A stretch of 64,000 nt of DNA from NCBI GenBank assembly GCA_038245295.1, contig JBBRSP010000015.1, positions 32,001 to 96,000 of the forward strand. Direction: 5' to 3'. This document shows, one piece after another, positions 40,424 to 50,436 of this stretch; positions within the stretch are counted from its first letter, which is position 1, and every line of letters begins with the position of its first letter. The notes below the pieces were generated by a model, which was not told the origin of the DNA, ran no database searches, and worked only from the letters and a program-made list of their open reading frames with translations. The translations under genes were made by a program, and so were the position numbers. This DNA comes from Candidatus Binatia bacterium. GTDB lineage: Bacteria > Desulfobacterota > Binatia > HRBIN30.

Positions 40424-41346
40424 GTCGAACCGTCAAGATCGGAACACGCGGCAGCCAGCTCGCTCTCGTACAGGCCCACATGGTGGAGGGCTGGATCAAA
40501 GCGGCCGCCCCGGACGTCCAGGTGGAGCTGGTCATCATCAAGACGACCGGCGATCGCTTCGTCGATCGCCCGCTCAGCACGCTGGGCGGCAAAGGCGTCT
40601 TCGTCAAGGAAATCGAGGATGCGCTCGTCGCCAACCAGGTGGACTGCGCCGTTCATTCGATGAAAGACGTGCCCACCGACCTGGCGCCTGGACTTATCAT
40701 CGCCTCGATCCCCGAGCGCGCCGATGTCCGTGACGCATTGATCGCCCGCGACGGGCTCAACTTGGCCAAACTTCCGACCGGCGCGTCGGTCGGCACCAGC
40801 AGCCTGCGGCGCATGGCCCTGTTGCGTGCGGCACGTGCCGATCTCGAGATTGTGCCGCTTCGCGGCAACGTCGACACACGCCTGCGAAAGCTCGACAACG
40901 GCGAGTTTGCGGCGATCACGCTGGCGGCGGCCGGTCTACAACGTCTTGGCATAAAACGCCCCGACATCTGCCCGCTGCCGACGAGTGACTTCCTCCCGGC
41001 AATTGGCCAAGGGGCGCTGGCGATCGAGACACGTCCGGATTGGGTGGGCGAGTTGGTGAGGGCCTTCAACCACGAGCCGACGCGACTGGCGGTGATCGCC
41101 GAGCGGGCTTTCCTGGCGCGTGTTGGAGGGTCGTGTCGAACCCCGCTGGCAGCACATGCGACCATCGACGGTGATGCCGTCACGATTGATGCGTTGATTG
41201 CCAGCATGGATGGGACACGGATCGTGCGTGAAACCCGCCGCGGCCCCGCCGCCTCGGGCAACGAGCTCGCCGTAGCGCTGGCCGACAAACTTCTCGCCGA
41301 CGGTGGCCGTGCCATCCTCGATGAGCTCGAGGCACATGGCGGGTAA
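40420..41346 (+). CDS. hemC: Hydroxymethylbilane synthase
   Basis: GTRGSQLALVQ, AVHSMKDVP, RGNVDTRL, GGSCRTP. Confidence 0.96.
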   Translation: MSRTVKIGTRGSQLALVQAHMVEGWIKAAAPDVQVELVIIKTTGDRFVDRPLSTLGGKGVFVKEIEDALVANQVDCAVHSMKDVPTDLAPGLIIASIPERADVRDALIARDGLNLAKLPTGASVGTSSLRRMALLRAARADLEIVPLRGNVDTRLRKLDNGEFAAITLAAAGLQRLGIKRPDICPLPTSDFLPAIGQGALAIETRPDWVGELVRAFNHEPTRLAVIAERAFLARVGGSCRTPLAAHATIDGDAVTIDALIASMDGTRIVRETRRGPAASGNELAVALADKLLADGGRAILDELEAHGG

Positions 41347-42868
41347 GGTCTATCTGGTCGGGGCCGGTCCGGGTGACCCCGGGCTCCTGACCATCAAAGG
41401 CCGCGCCTGCCTCGAGCACGCCGATGTCGTGATCTACGACTACCTGGCGAACCCTCGCCTGCTCGACCATACTCAGGACGCCTGCGAACGAGTGCTGGCG
41501 GGGAAACATGGCGGTGGTACGCGAGTCGAACAATCCGACATCAACGATCGCTTGGTCGCCGAGGCACGGCGCGGCAAGTGCGTCGTCCGATTGAAAGGCG
41601 GCGATCCTTTCCTCTTCGGCCGCGGCGGTGAGGAAGCCGAGGCGCTGCGCGAGGCGGGCGTCGAGTTTGAGATCGTCCCTGGAGTCACCGCCGCTATCGC
41701 CGCTCCGGCGTATGCCGGAATTCCCGTGACTCATCGCGATTGGGCTTCCAACCTCGTCATCACGACCGGCTACGAGTATCCGGACAAGCCCCAGATGGCC
41801 GTCCATTGGGGAATGCTCGGACGCCCTGGTACAACTCTCGTCGCCCTGATGTCGCAGCGTCAGCTGCGACACAACATGGAGCAGTTGGCAGGGGGCGGGA
41901 TTGATCCGAACACTCCGGCAGCCGCCATCGAGTGGGGTACGCGCGCCGTTCAGCGGACGATCGTCGGCACCGTTGCAACGATTGCTGACCTCGCGCAGGC
42001 TGCCGAGGTGCGCCCGCCGGTGACAATCATCGTCGGCGATGTCGTGCGGATGCGCACCAAGATCGCCTGGGTCGAAAGGCGCCCGCTGTTCGGGCAGCGG
42101 ATCCTGGTGACGCGGCCGCGCCACCAGGCGGCGGAGTTCACGCGACTGCTGGAGTCGCAGGGCGCCGAGGTCGTTGCGCTGCCGATGATCGAAACGATTG
42201 CCACAGCCTCCGGCGAGCTCGACGCCGCCTTTGGACGCTGTGCGGAATTCGACTGGGTGGTTTTCACGAGCGCGAACGGGGTCCAGTTTTTTTTCGATCG
42301 TCTGAGCGCACTCGATCTCGACGTCCGCATGTGGCATCGAGCCCGTTTTGCCGCGATCGGGCCGCAGACCGCGCGCAGTCTGCATGGACGCGGCATAAGG
42401 GCAGAGTTGGTGCCCGACGACTACCGTGCCGAAGGCTTGATCGCCGCCTTCGAGACGCACCGGATGCAAGGGCAGAGAGTCTTGCTGCCACGCGCCGGCG
42501 GAGCACGGCAGGTCCTGCCGGAAACGCTGCGGCAACTAGGCGCGGTCGTCGAAGAGGTGATCACCTATCGCAGCGTTTTGACGGCGCGCGCAACGGCCGA
42601 GCTCCGGGCAGTCCTCGACGAGGGCATCGATCTGGTGACGTTCACAAGCTCCAGCACGGTGGAAAGTTTTGTCGCCGCGCTGGCCGACGCCGGTCGAGCT
42701 CAGCAGATCAAGACGGCCTGCATAGGGCCGATTACCGCGGCCACGGCTCGCGAGCATGGCTTTCCCGTTGTCATCGAGTCACCCACCTACACGGTCGCGG
42801 CGCTGACCGACGCGATCCTCGCCCATTTTTCGGCGTTGCGCGCCGCGCAACCCAAGGAGAACCAATGA
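41336..42868 (+). CDS. cobA: Uroporphyrinogen-III C-methyltransferase / uroporphyrinogen-III synthase fusion (CobA-HemD)
   Basis: [28 protein letters not shown]; then RILVTRP, FTSANGV, FTSSSTV, CIGPIT. Confidence 0.93.
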   Translation: MAGKVYLVGAGPGDPGLLTIKGRACLEHADVVIYDYLANPRLLDHTQDACERVLAGKHGGGTRVEQSDINDRLVAEARRGKCVVRLKGGDPFLFGRGGEEAEALREAGVEFEIVPGVTAAIAAPAYAGIPVTHRDWASNLVITTGYEYPDKPQMAVHWGMLGRPGTTLVALMSQRQLRHNMEQLAGGGIDPNTPAAAIEWGTRAVQRTIVGTVATIADLAQAAEVRPPVTIIVGDVVRMRTKIAWVERRPLFGQRILVTRPRHQAAEFTRLLESQGAEVVALPMIETIATASGELDAAFGRCAEFDWVVFTSANGVQFFFDRLSALDLDVRMWHRARFAAIGPQTARSLHGRGIRAELVPDDYRAEGLIAAFETHRMQGQRVLLPRAGGARQVLPETLRQLGAVVEEVITYRSVLTARATAELRAVLDEGIDLVTFTSSSTVESFVAALADAGRAQQIKTACIGPITAATAREHGFPVVIESPTYTVAALTDAILAHFSALRAAQPKENQ

Positions 42869-43842
42869 GCTTCCCGGAGCAGCGACCCCGCCGCCTGCGG
42901 CGTACCGAAGCGATCCGCAAGATGGTGCGCGAGACGCGTCTGAGCGTCGACGACCTCATCATGCCCCTCTTTGTCGTTCCCGGTACGAACGTGCGCCATC
43001 CGATCGGCAGCATGCCCGGCGTCGCCCAACTTTCGGTCGACCTACTCGTAGAAGAATGTCGCGAGCTCCTGGGGCTCGGTGTTTCTGCGGTCATCTTGTT
43101 CGGCATTCCCACCACCAAAGACGCCGTCGGTTCGGACGCCTACAGCGACAATGGTATCGTTGCCGTCGCCGTCCGCGCTCTAAAGAAGGCCCTACCGAAA
43201 CTGGTCGTCATCACCGACGTCTGTCTCTGCGAGTACACGGACCATGGCCATTGCGGTGTCATCGTGGACGCCGATGTCGACAACGATGCAACCATCGAAC
43301 TCCTGGCGCGCGAGGCGTTGGCGCACGCGCGAGCCGGTGCCGACATGGTCGCACCATCTGACATGATGGACGGACGCATCGCGGCAATTCGTGAGAAGCT
43401 GGACGATGAGGGCTTCAACCAGACACCGATCATGGCCTACGCGGCGAAGTTTGCCTCCGGTTTCTACGGTCCGTTCCGCGAAGCAGCGCAGTCGACGCCG
43501 CAGTTCGGTGATCGTCGCTCGTACCAGATGGATCCGGCCAACGGCCTCGAAGCGTTGCGTGAAGTCCAGCTGGATATCGAAGAAGGGGCGGACATCGTGA
43601 TGGTCAAGCCCGCCCTGCCCTATCTCGATCTGGTGTGGCGCGTGAAAAAGGAATTCGGCTACCCCGTCGCGGCGTACAATGTCAGCGGCGAGTACGCCAT
43701 GATCAAAGCGGCAGCCCTGCAGGGCTGGCTCGACGAGGAACGTGTCATGATGGAAACGTTGACCTCGATCCGGCGCGCCGGCGCCGACTTGATCCTGACG
43801 TATTTTGCCAAGGACGCGGCGCGGGTCCTGGCGCGGCGCTGA
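42865..43842 (+). CDS. hemB: Porphobilinogen synthase (Zn type)
   Basis: [36 protein letters not shown]. Confidence 0.97.
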   Translation: MSFPEQRPRRLRRTEAIRKMVRETRLSVDDLIMPLFVVPGTNVRHPIGSMPGVAQLSVDLLVEECRELLGLGVSAVILFGIPTTKDAVGSDAYSDNGIVAVAVRALKKALPKLVVITDVCLCEYTDHGHCGVIVDADVDNDATIELLAREALAHARAGADMVAPSDMMDGRIAAIREKLDDEGFNQTPIMAYAAKFASGFYGPFREAAQSTPQFGDRRSYQMDPANGLEALREVQLDIEEGADIVMVKPALPYLDLVWRVKKEFGYPVAAYNVSGEYAMIKAAALQGWLDEERVMMETLTSIRRAGADLILTYFAKDAARVLARR

Positions 43843-43857
43843 GCCGCGGCCTGGGTT

Positions 43858-44175
43858 TCAGCGATTCGGGCGGTCCTTCCACTTTTCGTACTTGCGTTCG
43901 AGCTGTGCCCGTTGAGCCGGGGTGAGTTGCTGGAAGCGTTCGTAGTTGCGGCGAACTTTTTCTTGTTCCTGGGGCGGTAGATTGCGCCATCGTTCGAACC
44001 CTTCGTCGATGGCCTGCTGTTTTTCGGCTGGGGCGCTCTCGTATTGCCGGTAGTTACGCATGGCGTCGTAGCGCTGGCGTGGACTGAGGTCTTGCCACGC
44101 CTGCGCCATCGTTGCCGCCGGCCGCAACACGGCAAGGGCCAACGGCAGCAGGAGGATACGCCACTCAACCCGCAT
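43858..44175 (-). CDS. Secreted helical-repeat protein (DUF3106-like)
   Basis: Signal peptide then repeats WQDLSPRQR / WRNLPPQEQ / FQQLTPAQR. Confidence 0.7.
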   Translation of the reverse strand: MRVEWRILLLPLALAVLRPAATMAQAWQDLSPRQRYDAMRNYRQYESAPAEKQQAIDEGFERWRNLPPQEQEKVRRNYERFQQLTPAQRAQLERKYEKWKDRPNR

Positions 44176-44668
44176 CGGTGGGCGTCTCCTCTTCGAGTTG
44201 CACCGCCTCGACCGTATCGAGGTTTTCCAGGATTTCGAGCCGCTCGATGATCGGGTATTCCTGAAACAAGGTTGGCTTGCTCTGAACCTTGGCTGGCGGG
44301 CGCTTGGCACCCATCGGAACGAGAACTCCCGCCGGCCCGCCAAGGGTGCCCAGCGTGACCACAAGAGTCATGCCGGCCGCGGCACTGAACAGCGCCAGGC
44401 CACGTAGACCCAAGAATCGATAGCGGGGCGACTCCTCTTGCATCGCTCCCTGAAGTCGGGTCCACAGCAACCCCACCGAGGGCTCGGGTAGGAGAGTTCG
44501 TCGCAACAAGGCCGTTTGAGCAACAACGGCGCAGCGCAGTAGGGCGGCCTCCGCGCGGCAGGCCTCACAGGTTGCCAGATGGCGATCGAAGCCATGACGT
44601 GATCGCCCTTGCAGTTCACCGTCCACCCAGGCGGTGAGCTCCTCGCGTACGCGACGACACGAATCCAC
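44165..44668 (-). CDS. Zinc-binding anti-sigma factor (zf-HC2) with TM
   Basis: C...LTAWVDGEL...HLATCEAC (HxxxCxxC), one TM segment; GTG overlaps the sigma stop. Confidence 0.85.
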   Translation of the reverse strand: MDSCRRVREELTAWVDGELQGRSRHGFDRHLATCEACRAEAALLRCAVVAQTALLRRTLLPEPSVGLLWTRLQGAMQEESPRYRFLGLRGLALFSAAAGMTLVVTLGTLGGPAGVLVPMGAKRPPAKVQSKPTLFQEYPIIERLEILENLDTVEAVQLEEETPTDAG

Positions 44669-45321
44669 TAGTTCCCCTCTCCCTGCAGACGCCCGCGTAG
44701 CGTCACGGTCGCCCGATGAACCAGGCTCTTGATGGCCGAGACTGAACAGGACAGCGTTTCGGCAACTTCTTCGTAGGACATGCCTTCGACGCGAGCCAGC
44801 CAAAGAGCGGCGCGTTGCTGCGGCGGGAGGGCAGCCATCTCGCCGCGAATCCGCAGCAGGGATTCCTCGCTCAACAGATTTTCCTCGGCCGTGTGGCTGG
44901 CCGCGTCTGCCACCTGAGGTGGAGCATCATCGTCGGCGTGGCGTGGCTGATTGAGGGAGAACCCGCGCATCCGGCGTTCGGCCCGGCGCCCTTCGCTGAT
45001 GCACGCATTGGCCGCGATCCGGTACAACCATGTCGCAAAGCGAGCTCTCGGCTCGTAGCGCTCCCGGTTGCGAAACACCTGTAGAAACACATCTTGAGTG
45101 ATCTCTTCGGCGCGGGCACGTGAGCCTACAAAGTGCATCGTAAATCCAATCACCGCCGCGGCGTGTTTTTCGAAGAGCAGTCGAAATGCCTCCTGATCAC
45201 CGACTTTGACGGCCAGCATCAGTCGAACATCTGCATCTTGCTCCAGCACCTCCGCGTCGTCCGCAGTATCTAACGCACGCATGTGTCGAGGGTTGCGCTC
45301 CATGCACTCCTGGGGCGCCAC
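44668..45321 (-). CDS. ECF sigma factor (RpoE-like)
   Basis: AEEITQDVF, FATWLYRIAAN, MSYEEVAETL...IKSLVHRA; start may be 45303 or 45282. Confidence 0.92.
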   Translation of the reverse strand: MAPQECMERNPRHMRALDTADDAEVLEQDADVRLMLAVKVGDQEAFRLLFEKHAAAVIGFTMHFVGSRARAEEITQDVFLQVFRNRERYEPRARFATWLYRIAANACISEGRRAERRMRGFSLNQPRHADDDAPPQVADAASHTAEENLLSEESLLRIRGEMAALPPQQRAALWLARVEGMSYEEVAETLSCSVSAIKSLVHRATVTLRGRLQGEGN

Positions 45322-45381
45322 AAGGACGCCGTATTCTTCGTAGTAGAGGGCCTCTTGGATTGCTACACTCCGTCAACCTGC

Positions 45382-47220
45382 ATGGCAACGCCGTCGACAA
45401 CCGTGTCCCTGCGCGCCTACACGCGCGAGATCGAGCTATTGGTCGCGCGCCGGGTTTCAACCGCCGTGGGCCTCATCATCATGTTCACGGCCATGTTCGG
45501 GATCCTCGAATATCGTTTCCATCCCCAGCGCCAGTGGAATTTGCTCGGGTTGTTGGCGTTAGACATCACCGCCGCGTCCTTTCTCCTCTCGACGCGCGTC
45601 CGCCTGATGCGACGCCGCAAGCTCAGCCTGGCCACGGCTCTTACCGTAGGAGGGAGTTGCGTCGGCCTGGTCATCTACTCGGGGCGCGTTGGCGGCGACA
45701 CCATGGTCTTGGCGACGCTCCTGGTCTGCATTCTGACCGCCACATCGATCATCTTGCCCTGGCGGGTCGCCGGGCAGACGCTGGCCGCCACCGCGGCCGT
45801 GATCGCCTTCGCCATCCATGTGTACGTCAACCCATCGCCAACGACCTCGGCACTCTACCCGCTCTTCGCTCTTGGTTCGGGCGCTCTGGTGTCGATGTTC
45901 GGAGCCCAGTATCTCGACTTGCAACGCCTCGCCATCTTCCGCGAGAGTGTGGCTCGCGATGACGCGGCCGTCGTTTCACGATCGCTGCTGCGCATCGCCG
46001 GCGATCTCAATTCGACCCTGGAAGCAGAAACCGTCATCAATCAACTGGTTCAAAGGGTCCGTGAATCCTTGTCATGCGACTTCGGTGTCCTCTTGCTTTG
46101 GGATGACCATCGCCACACGTTCCGCATCGTCGCCGGCACTTCGGAGCGACGCGAGATGGTCGAAGAGGCGAAGGGCCTCGAGTTTCAACCGAGCAATTAC
46201 GAAACCTTGAACCGAATCATGGCCGAACACGGCATCGCCGAGATTTCGCCGTCGCAGCCGATCGATGACGCGGTCGTGGCCACGATCCGCCACTTTGGCA
46301 TACAGCGAATGCTACTCGCCTCGATGTCGCGCGCCGAGCGCGTCGTTGGCTTGATGGTGGCGGGTCGGCTGCGTAGCGCTGAGCCCTTCACGTCGCGTGA
46401 CCAGAGCCTGGTGCTCGGAATGTCGCAACAGGCGGCCGTGGCGATCGAAAATGCCCAATTGGTAACCAACCTACGGCGCGCCGACCGGCTGAAGTCGGAG
46501 TTCGTCTCGACGATGTCGCATGAGCTGCGTACACCGCTCAACATCATCCTCGGCTATGCCGATCTGCTCGCCGAGGAGGCGTTCGGCGAAATTTCCGCCG
46601 AGCAACAAGACACCGTTCAGCGCATTCATCACCAGGCGCACGACCTGCTGTCGCTCATCAACGCTACACTGGACGTCAATCGCCTCGAAGCCGGCACCAT
46701 GCCTCTGGAGACCGAAGACTTCCGTATCAGCGATTTCATCGCCGAGTTACGTCTGCAGACCGACTTGCTGGCGCGCGCCGAGGCGGTGACATTGAGTTGG
46801 CGCGTTCACAGTGACGGGATCCTGCGCAGCGATCCGCGCAAGTTGAAGATCATCCTACGCAACCTGATCAGCAACGCGCTGAAGTTTACCGATGCCGGAG
46901 CGGTGACCATCGACGTTCGGTGCCAGCCCGGACAGAGTGCGGAGTTCGTCGTCTGCGACACCGGCATTGGCATCCCCGAATCGGAGCTCACCAACGTCTT
47001 CGAAATGTTTCAGCAAGTACGGGTTCCAACCCGCGCCGTCAGCGGTGTCGGCTTGGGGTTGTATATCGTGCGACGCTTCGTCGATCTGTTGAACGGTACG
47101 GTGGCACTGACAAGCAAAGAGGGCGCCGGCACGACATTCCGCCTGACGATCCCAGAGCTACAGGGGGAACGCTATCAGGCCACCAGCAACGCGACGCACT
47201 CTTCGCCCGTCGGCGTCTGA
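45382..47220 (+). CDS. Membrane sensor histidine kinase with GAF domain
   Basis: About 6 TM segments; GAF ending QAAVAIENA; H-box MSHELRTPL; N, G1 (DTGIGI) and G2 (GVGLGL) boxes. Confidence 0.9.
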   Translation: MATPSTTVSLRAYTREIELLVARRVSTAVGLIIMFTAMFGILEYRFHPQRQWNLLGLLALDITAASFLLSTRVRLMRRRKLSLATALTVGGSCVGLVIYSGRVGGDTMVLATLLVCILTATSIILPWRVAGQTLAATAAVIAFAIHVYVNPSPTTSALYPLFALGSGALVSMFGAQYLDLQRLAIFRESVARDDAAVVSRSLLRIAGDLNSTLEAETVINQLVQRVRESLSCDFGVLLLWDDHRHTFRIVAGTSERREMVEEAKGLEFQPSNYETLNRIMAEHGIAEISPSQPIDDAVVATIRHFGIQRMLLASMSRAERVVGLMVAGRLRSAEPFTSRDQSLVLGMSQQAAVAIENAQLVTNLRRADRLKSEFVSTMSHELRTPLNIILGYADLLAEEAFGEISAEQQDTVQRIHHQAHDLLSLINATLDVNRLEAGTMPLETEDFRISDFIAELRLQTDLLARAEAVTLSWRVHSDGILRSDPRKLKIILRNLISNALKFTDAGAVTIDVRCQPGQSAEFVVCDTGIGIPESELTNVFEMFQQVRVPTRAVSGVGLGLYIVRRFVDLLNGTVALTSKEGAGTTFRLTIPELQGERYQATSNATHSSPVGV

Positions 47221-47235
47221 CCAATCGGGTCGGCC

Positions 47236-47694
47236 TTATCGGGCCCGGGCCCGGGCCGTCTTCTTTGCGGCGCTCTTCTTGGCCGGAGCGGCCTTGCTCG
47301 CCGCCTGCCGCTTGGCCACCGGCCGTCGCTTGCTATCGCGTTCGGCAGGCTTCTTGGCAGCTGTCGCACGTGACCCGTTGGAGCTGCTCGATTTGACCGC
47401 AACAGCTCGAATCACCTGGTACTTTACCTTCGACGCAAGCTGGCCGTAAAGCATGTTGAGACGTTCAAAATCACGTCGTCGCAACGCCTCTTCCATGCGT
47501 TGACGGTGATCTTCCAGATAACTGATCTGGAATTGTCGTTTCAGAATGCGAATACGGTCCGGAACCTTCTCGCGGCTCTGGATTACGTGAACGATTTCGT
47601 GGAGTATTGCCGAATCAAGGCGCGCCACCAGCCCCTCCCGCGGCATCACAACTGTTGCGCGTATCCGCTGGCGCTGGCGTGTAGCACGATTCAA
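47236..47694 (-). CDS. Hypothetical protein with Lys/Ala-rich basic tail
   Basis: Helical N-part containing HEIVH; tail AAKKPA...KAAPAKKSAAKKTARARAR; start uncertain (47694 or 47646). Confidence 0.6.
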   Translation of the reverse strand: MNRATRQRQRIRATVVMPREGLVARLDSAILHEIVHVIQSREKVPDRIRILKRQFQISYLEDHRQRMEEALRRRDFERLNMLYGQLASKVKYQVIRAVAVKSSSSNGSRATAAKKPAERDSKRRPVAKRQAASKAAPAKKSAAKKTARARAR

Positions 47695-47731
47695 TTGGCA
47701 GGCAAAGGAAATTTCCGGTCAATTGCTTGCA

Positions 47732-48934
47732 TTATGGTGGTGGCGGGACACTCGCGACAGTCCCAACGGGTCGTCGGGACGTCGCCAGGCATTGTCGGGC
47801 CGCCTCCCGTGCCCAGCCATCCGCCGCCAACAGGGTGTCGAGGTCGGTCGCCTCCAGCCGCCGGTGCGACTTGAGAATCTCCTCTAAGATTAGTGGGATA
47901 GAGGAGAATTCGACGGCACGATCGAGGAACGCGGCGACCACTTCTTCATTGGCGGCGTTGAGGACGGCGGGCAATGTGCCGCCGCCGCGCAGCGCCTCAT
48001 AGGCCAGACGCAGACAGGGGAACTTCGTTGTGTCAGGCGGAAAAAATTCGAGCCGGCGCGCCTTCGGGAGATCCAGCGGGGGCAAGTGATCGAGCCGCAG
48101 GCGCTCTGGAAAGGCCAGAATGTAGCCAATCGGCACCGACATGTCGGGAATTCCCATCTGCGAAATAACCGACCCGTCGATATACTCGACCATCGAGTGG
48201 ACGATACTTTGCGGATGGATTACGACGTCGATCTGATCGGCGGGTAACCCGAACAGCCAGTGCGCCTCAATGACCTCGAGGCCTTTGTTCATCAAGGTTG
48301 CGGAATCGATGGTAATCTTGCTGCCCATTTTCCAGGTCGGGTGCTTCAGGGCATCTTCGAGACTCACCCGCGCCATGGCCGCGACGGTCGTGTGAAGGAA
48401 TGGGCCTCCGGAGGCGGTCAAGACGATCCGCTTGACGTCCTCACGCCGATGGCCGCGCAGGGATTGGAAAATGGCGTTGTGTTCGCTGTCGAGGGGAAAC
48501 AGTTGTACACCTTTGCGTTGCGCCGCCTGGGTGACCAACGCGCCGGCAACGACCAGCACTTCCTTGTTTGCCAGCGCCACATCCTTCCCGGCTTCGATTG
48601 CATGCAACGTAGGCAGAAGCCCGAGGGCGCCAACCAGCGCGGAGACAACCAAGTCCGCTGATTCGGCCGTCGCCACGGCATCCAACCCTTCGGGCCCGGT
48701 CAGCAGGACACCCTGGTAGCGCGGAGCGTAACGGACGAACTCGGCGGCCGATGCCGCATCGGCGACCGCGACGATCTTCGGGCGGAACCGTTCCACCTGC
48801 TCGGCAAGCCGTTCCATGCGTTTCCCTGCGGCGAGAGCCACAACTCCAAAACGCTCGGGGAAGCGACCCACCACGTCCAAGGTTGTAACGCCAATCGAAC
48901 CGGTCGATCCGAGGATCGCAAGACGCCTATTCAT
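47732..48934 (-). CDS. dxr: 1-deoxy-D-xylulose-5-phosphate reductoisomerase
   Basis: LGSTGSIG, LANKE, DSEHNA, HPTWKMGSKITIDSATLMNKGLE, NAANE. Confidence 0.96.
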   Translation of the reverse strand: MNRRLAILGSTGSIGVTTLDVVGRFPERFGVVALAAGKRMERLAEQVERFRPKIVAVADAASAAEFVRYAPRYQGVLLTGPEGLDAVATAESADLVVSALVGALGLLPTLHAIEAGKDVALANKEVLVVAGALVTQAAQRKGVQLFPLDSEHNAIFQSLRGHRREDVKRIVLTASGGPFLHTTVAAMARVSLEDALKHPTWKMGSKITIDSATLMNKGLEVIEAHWLFGLPADQIDVVIHPQSIVHSMVEYIDGSVISQMGIPDMSVPIGYILAFPERLRLDHLPPLDLPKARRLEFFPPDTTKFPCLRLAYEALRGGGTLPAVLNAANEEVVAAFLDRAVEFSSIPLILEEILKSHRRLEATDLDTLLAADGWAREAARQCLATSRRPVGTVASVPPPP

Positions 48935-48959
48935 TCGACTCCGCCTTCTCCGACACCGA

Positions 48960-50093
48960 CTAAAAGAGGCTCTCCCACATGGTTGCCTTTTCGATTGTGT
49001 CCACCGCCAAAGCCGGCACCGTCCCCACGACATTGGTCCCGTCGCGCACCACCAGTTCGCCGACCTGTTGGCGGGCTCGCAACGGGGCTTCGAGATTCGA
49101 GTTGAGCGCCAGCTGCAGCGCAAACTGGCGTTTCTCGCCCCGCTTGGCAAGCACACTGAGGGTGCGGCCGGCAACAATGCGCACGAACCGCGGTCGCCCG
49201 TTCTTGATCGGCACATCGCTGGCGATTGGATCGCCCTCTTTCACGGCCGTTTGGGAGTAGTACTCGGCAAAGCCGCGGTTGAGCAACACCAGCGCCTCAC
49301 GGAAGCACGTGGGCTTTTCCGCCGCGCCCATGATCACGGCGATGAGGCGCAGGCCGTCGCGGCGACCGGTGGCCGTTACGTTGAATCCAGACTCGCGAAT
49401 GTAGCCCGTCTTGAGGCCATCTACCCAGGGAACCTCGCGGAGCAGCCGGTTGGTATTGGTCAGCACCATCGATCCGCCGCGGAACGTCGTCTCCTTGAGA
49501 CTCGACCACTGTAGAATCTCGGGATGTCGCAGCACCTCGGTGGCGACCCGCCCCATATCGGCGGCACTGCTGACGTCGCCGGCCTGCCCCTTTTCGGGAG
49601 GCAACCCGTGCACCGTTGCATAGGTGGTCTCCTTCATCCCGAGTTCCCCGGCGCGTTTGTTCATCGCCGCAACGAAGGCATCGACGCTGCCGGAGATGGT
49701 CTCGGCGACGGCGACGGCCGCATCGTTCGCCGAGTGAACGACAATCGCCGCCATCATTTCCTTCAATGGGAAGACTTCGCCAGGCTTGAGGAACACTTGC
49801 GAGCCGCCCATCGACGCCGCCCGCGCCGAAACGGCGATCGGATCATCCCACCCAAGCTTGCCTGCCTGGACGCGTTCGAGCACCAGCAGCATCAGCATCA
49901 TCTTGGTCATCGACGCCGGCGGTGTCTTGAGATGCGCTTCTTGCTCGAACAGGATCTGTCCCGATTCGGCGTCCACCAACACCGCCGAGCGAAAGCCTTT
50001 CGCACCCGCAGCCGGGCTCGCCGACGACGCGGCAGATGTCGCGCGGCCAGCCAACAACAGGGCGGCGCAGCCCATGGCACACAAGAGTTTCAT
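48960..50093 (-). CDS. D-alanyl-D-alanine carboxypeptidase (peptidase S11, PBP5-like)
   Basis: Signal peptide; SMTK (SxxK), SAN (SxN), KTG; PBP5 C-terminal domain. Confidence 0.92.
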   Translation of the reverse strand: MKLLCAMGCAALLLAGRATSAASSASPAAGAKGFRSAVLVDAESGQILFEQEAHLKTPPASMTKMMLMLLVLERVQAGKLGWDDPIAVSARAASMGGSQVFLKPGEVFPLKEMMAAIVVHSANDAAVAVAETISGSVDAFVAAMNKRAGELGMKETTYATVHGLPPEKGQAGDVSSAADMGRVATEVLRHPEILQWSSLKETTFRGGSMVLTNTNRLLREVPWVDGLKTGYIRESGFNVTATGRRDGLRLIAVIMGAAEKPTCFREALVLLNRGFAEYYSQTAVKEGDPIASDVPIKNGRPRFVRIVAGRTLSVLAKRGEKRQFALQLALNSNLEAPLRARQQVGELVVRDGTNVVGTVPALAVDTIEKATMWESLF

Positions 50094-50311
50094 GTTGTGA
50101 GTTGTCGCAGTTCGTCTTCCAACCAAACCAACCACTCGTCCAGCGGTTGCTCGGCATCAACCAAGATCTCGAACTTCCCGCCAGGCAAGCGTCGCACCGC
50201 CCCCGGGCGTGCCGGTTTGAGCGGGATGATCACCGCCTCGCGCGAGATGTCCAAACGTTCGAGAACCTCGAACACACGTTCGATTTCCTTGAGGGTAACG
50301 GCCTGCAGCAC
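50090..50311 (-). CDS. Small hypothetical protein
   Basis: 73 aa globular-looking sequence; ATGA-type overlap with the downstream gene; start uncertain (50311 or 50338). Confidence 0.6.
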   Translation of the reverse strand: MLQAVTLKEIERVFEVLERLDISREAVIIPLKPARPGAVRRLPGGKFEILVDAEQPLDEWLVWLEDELRQLTT

Positions 50312-50436
50312 CGCGGCAAACCTACCAGAGCGATGCACCGCTCGGAAGTGGAATCGCGGCGTTCTTTGCGGAGACGACGCGACGCCCGACGCTTTCTCTT
50401 GGGTCGATCCATGCCAAGAAACGCCGCACAGCTTTC

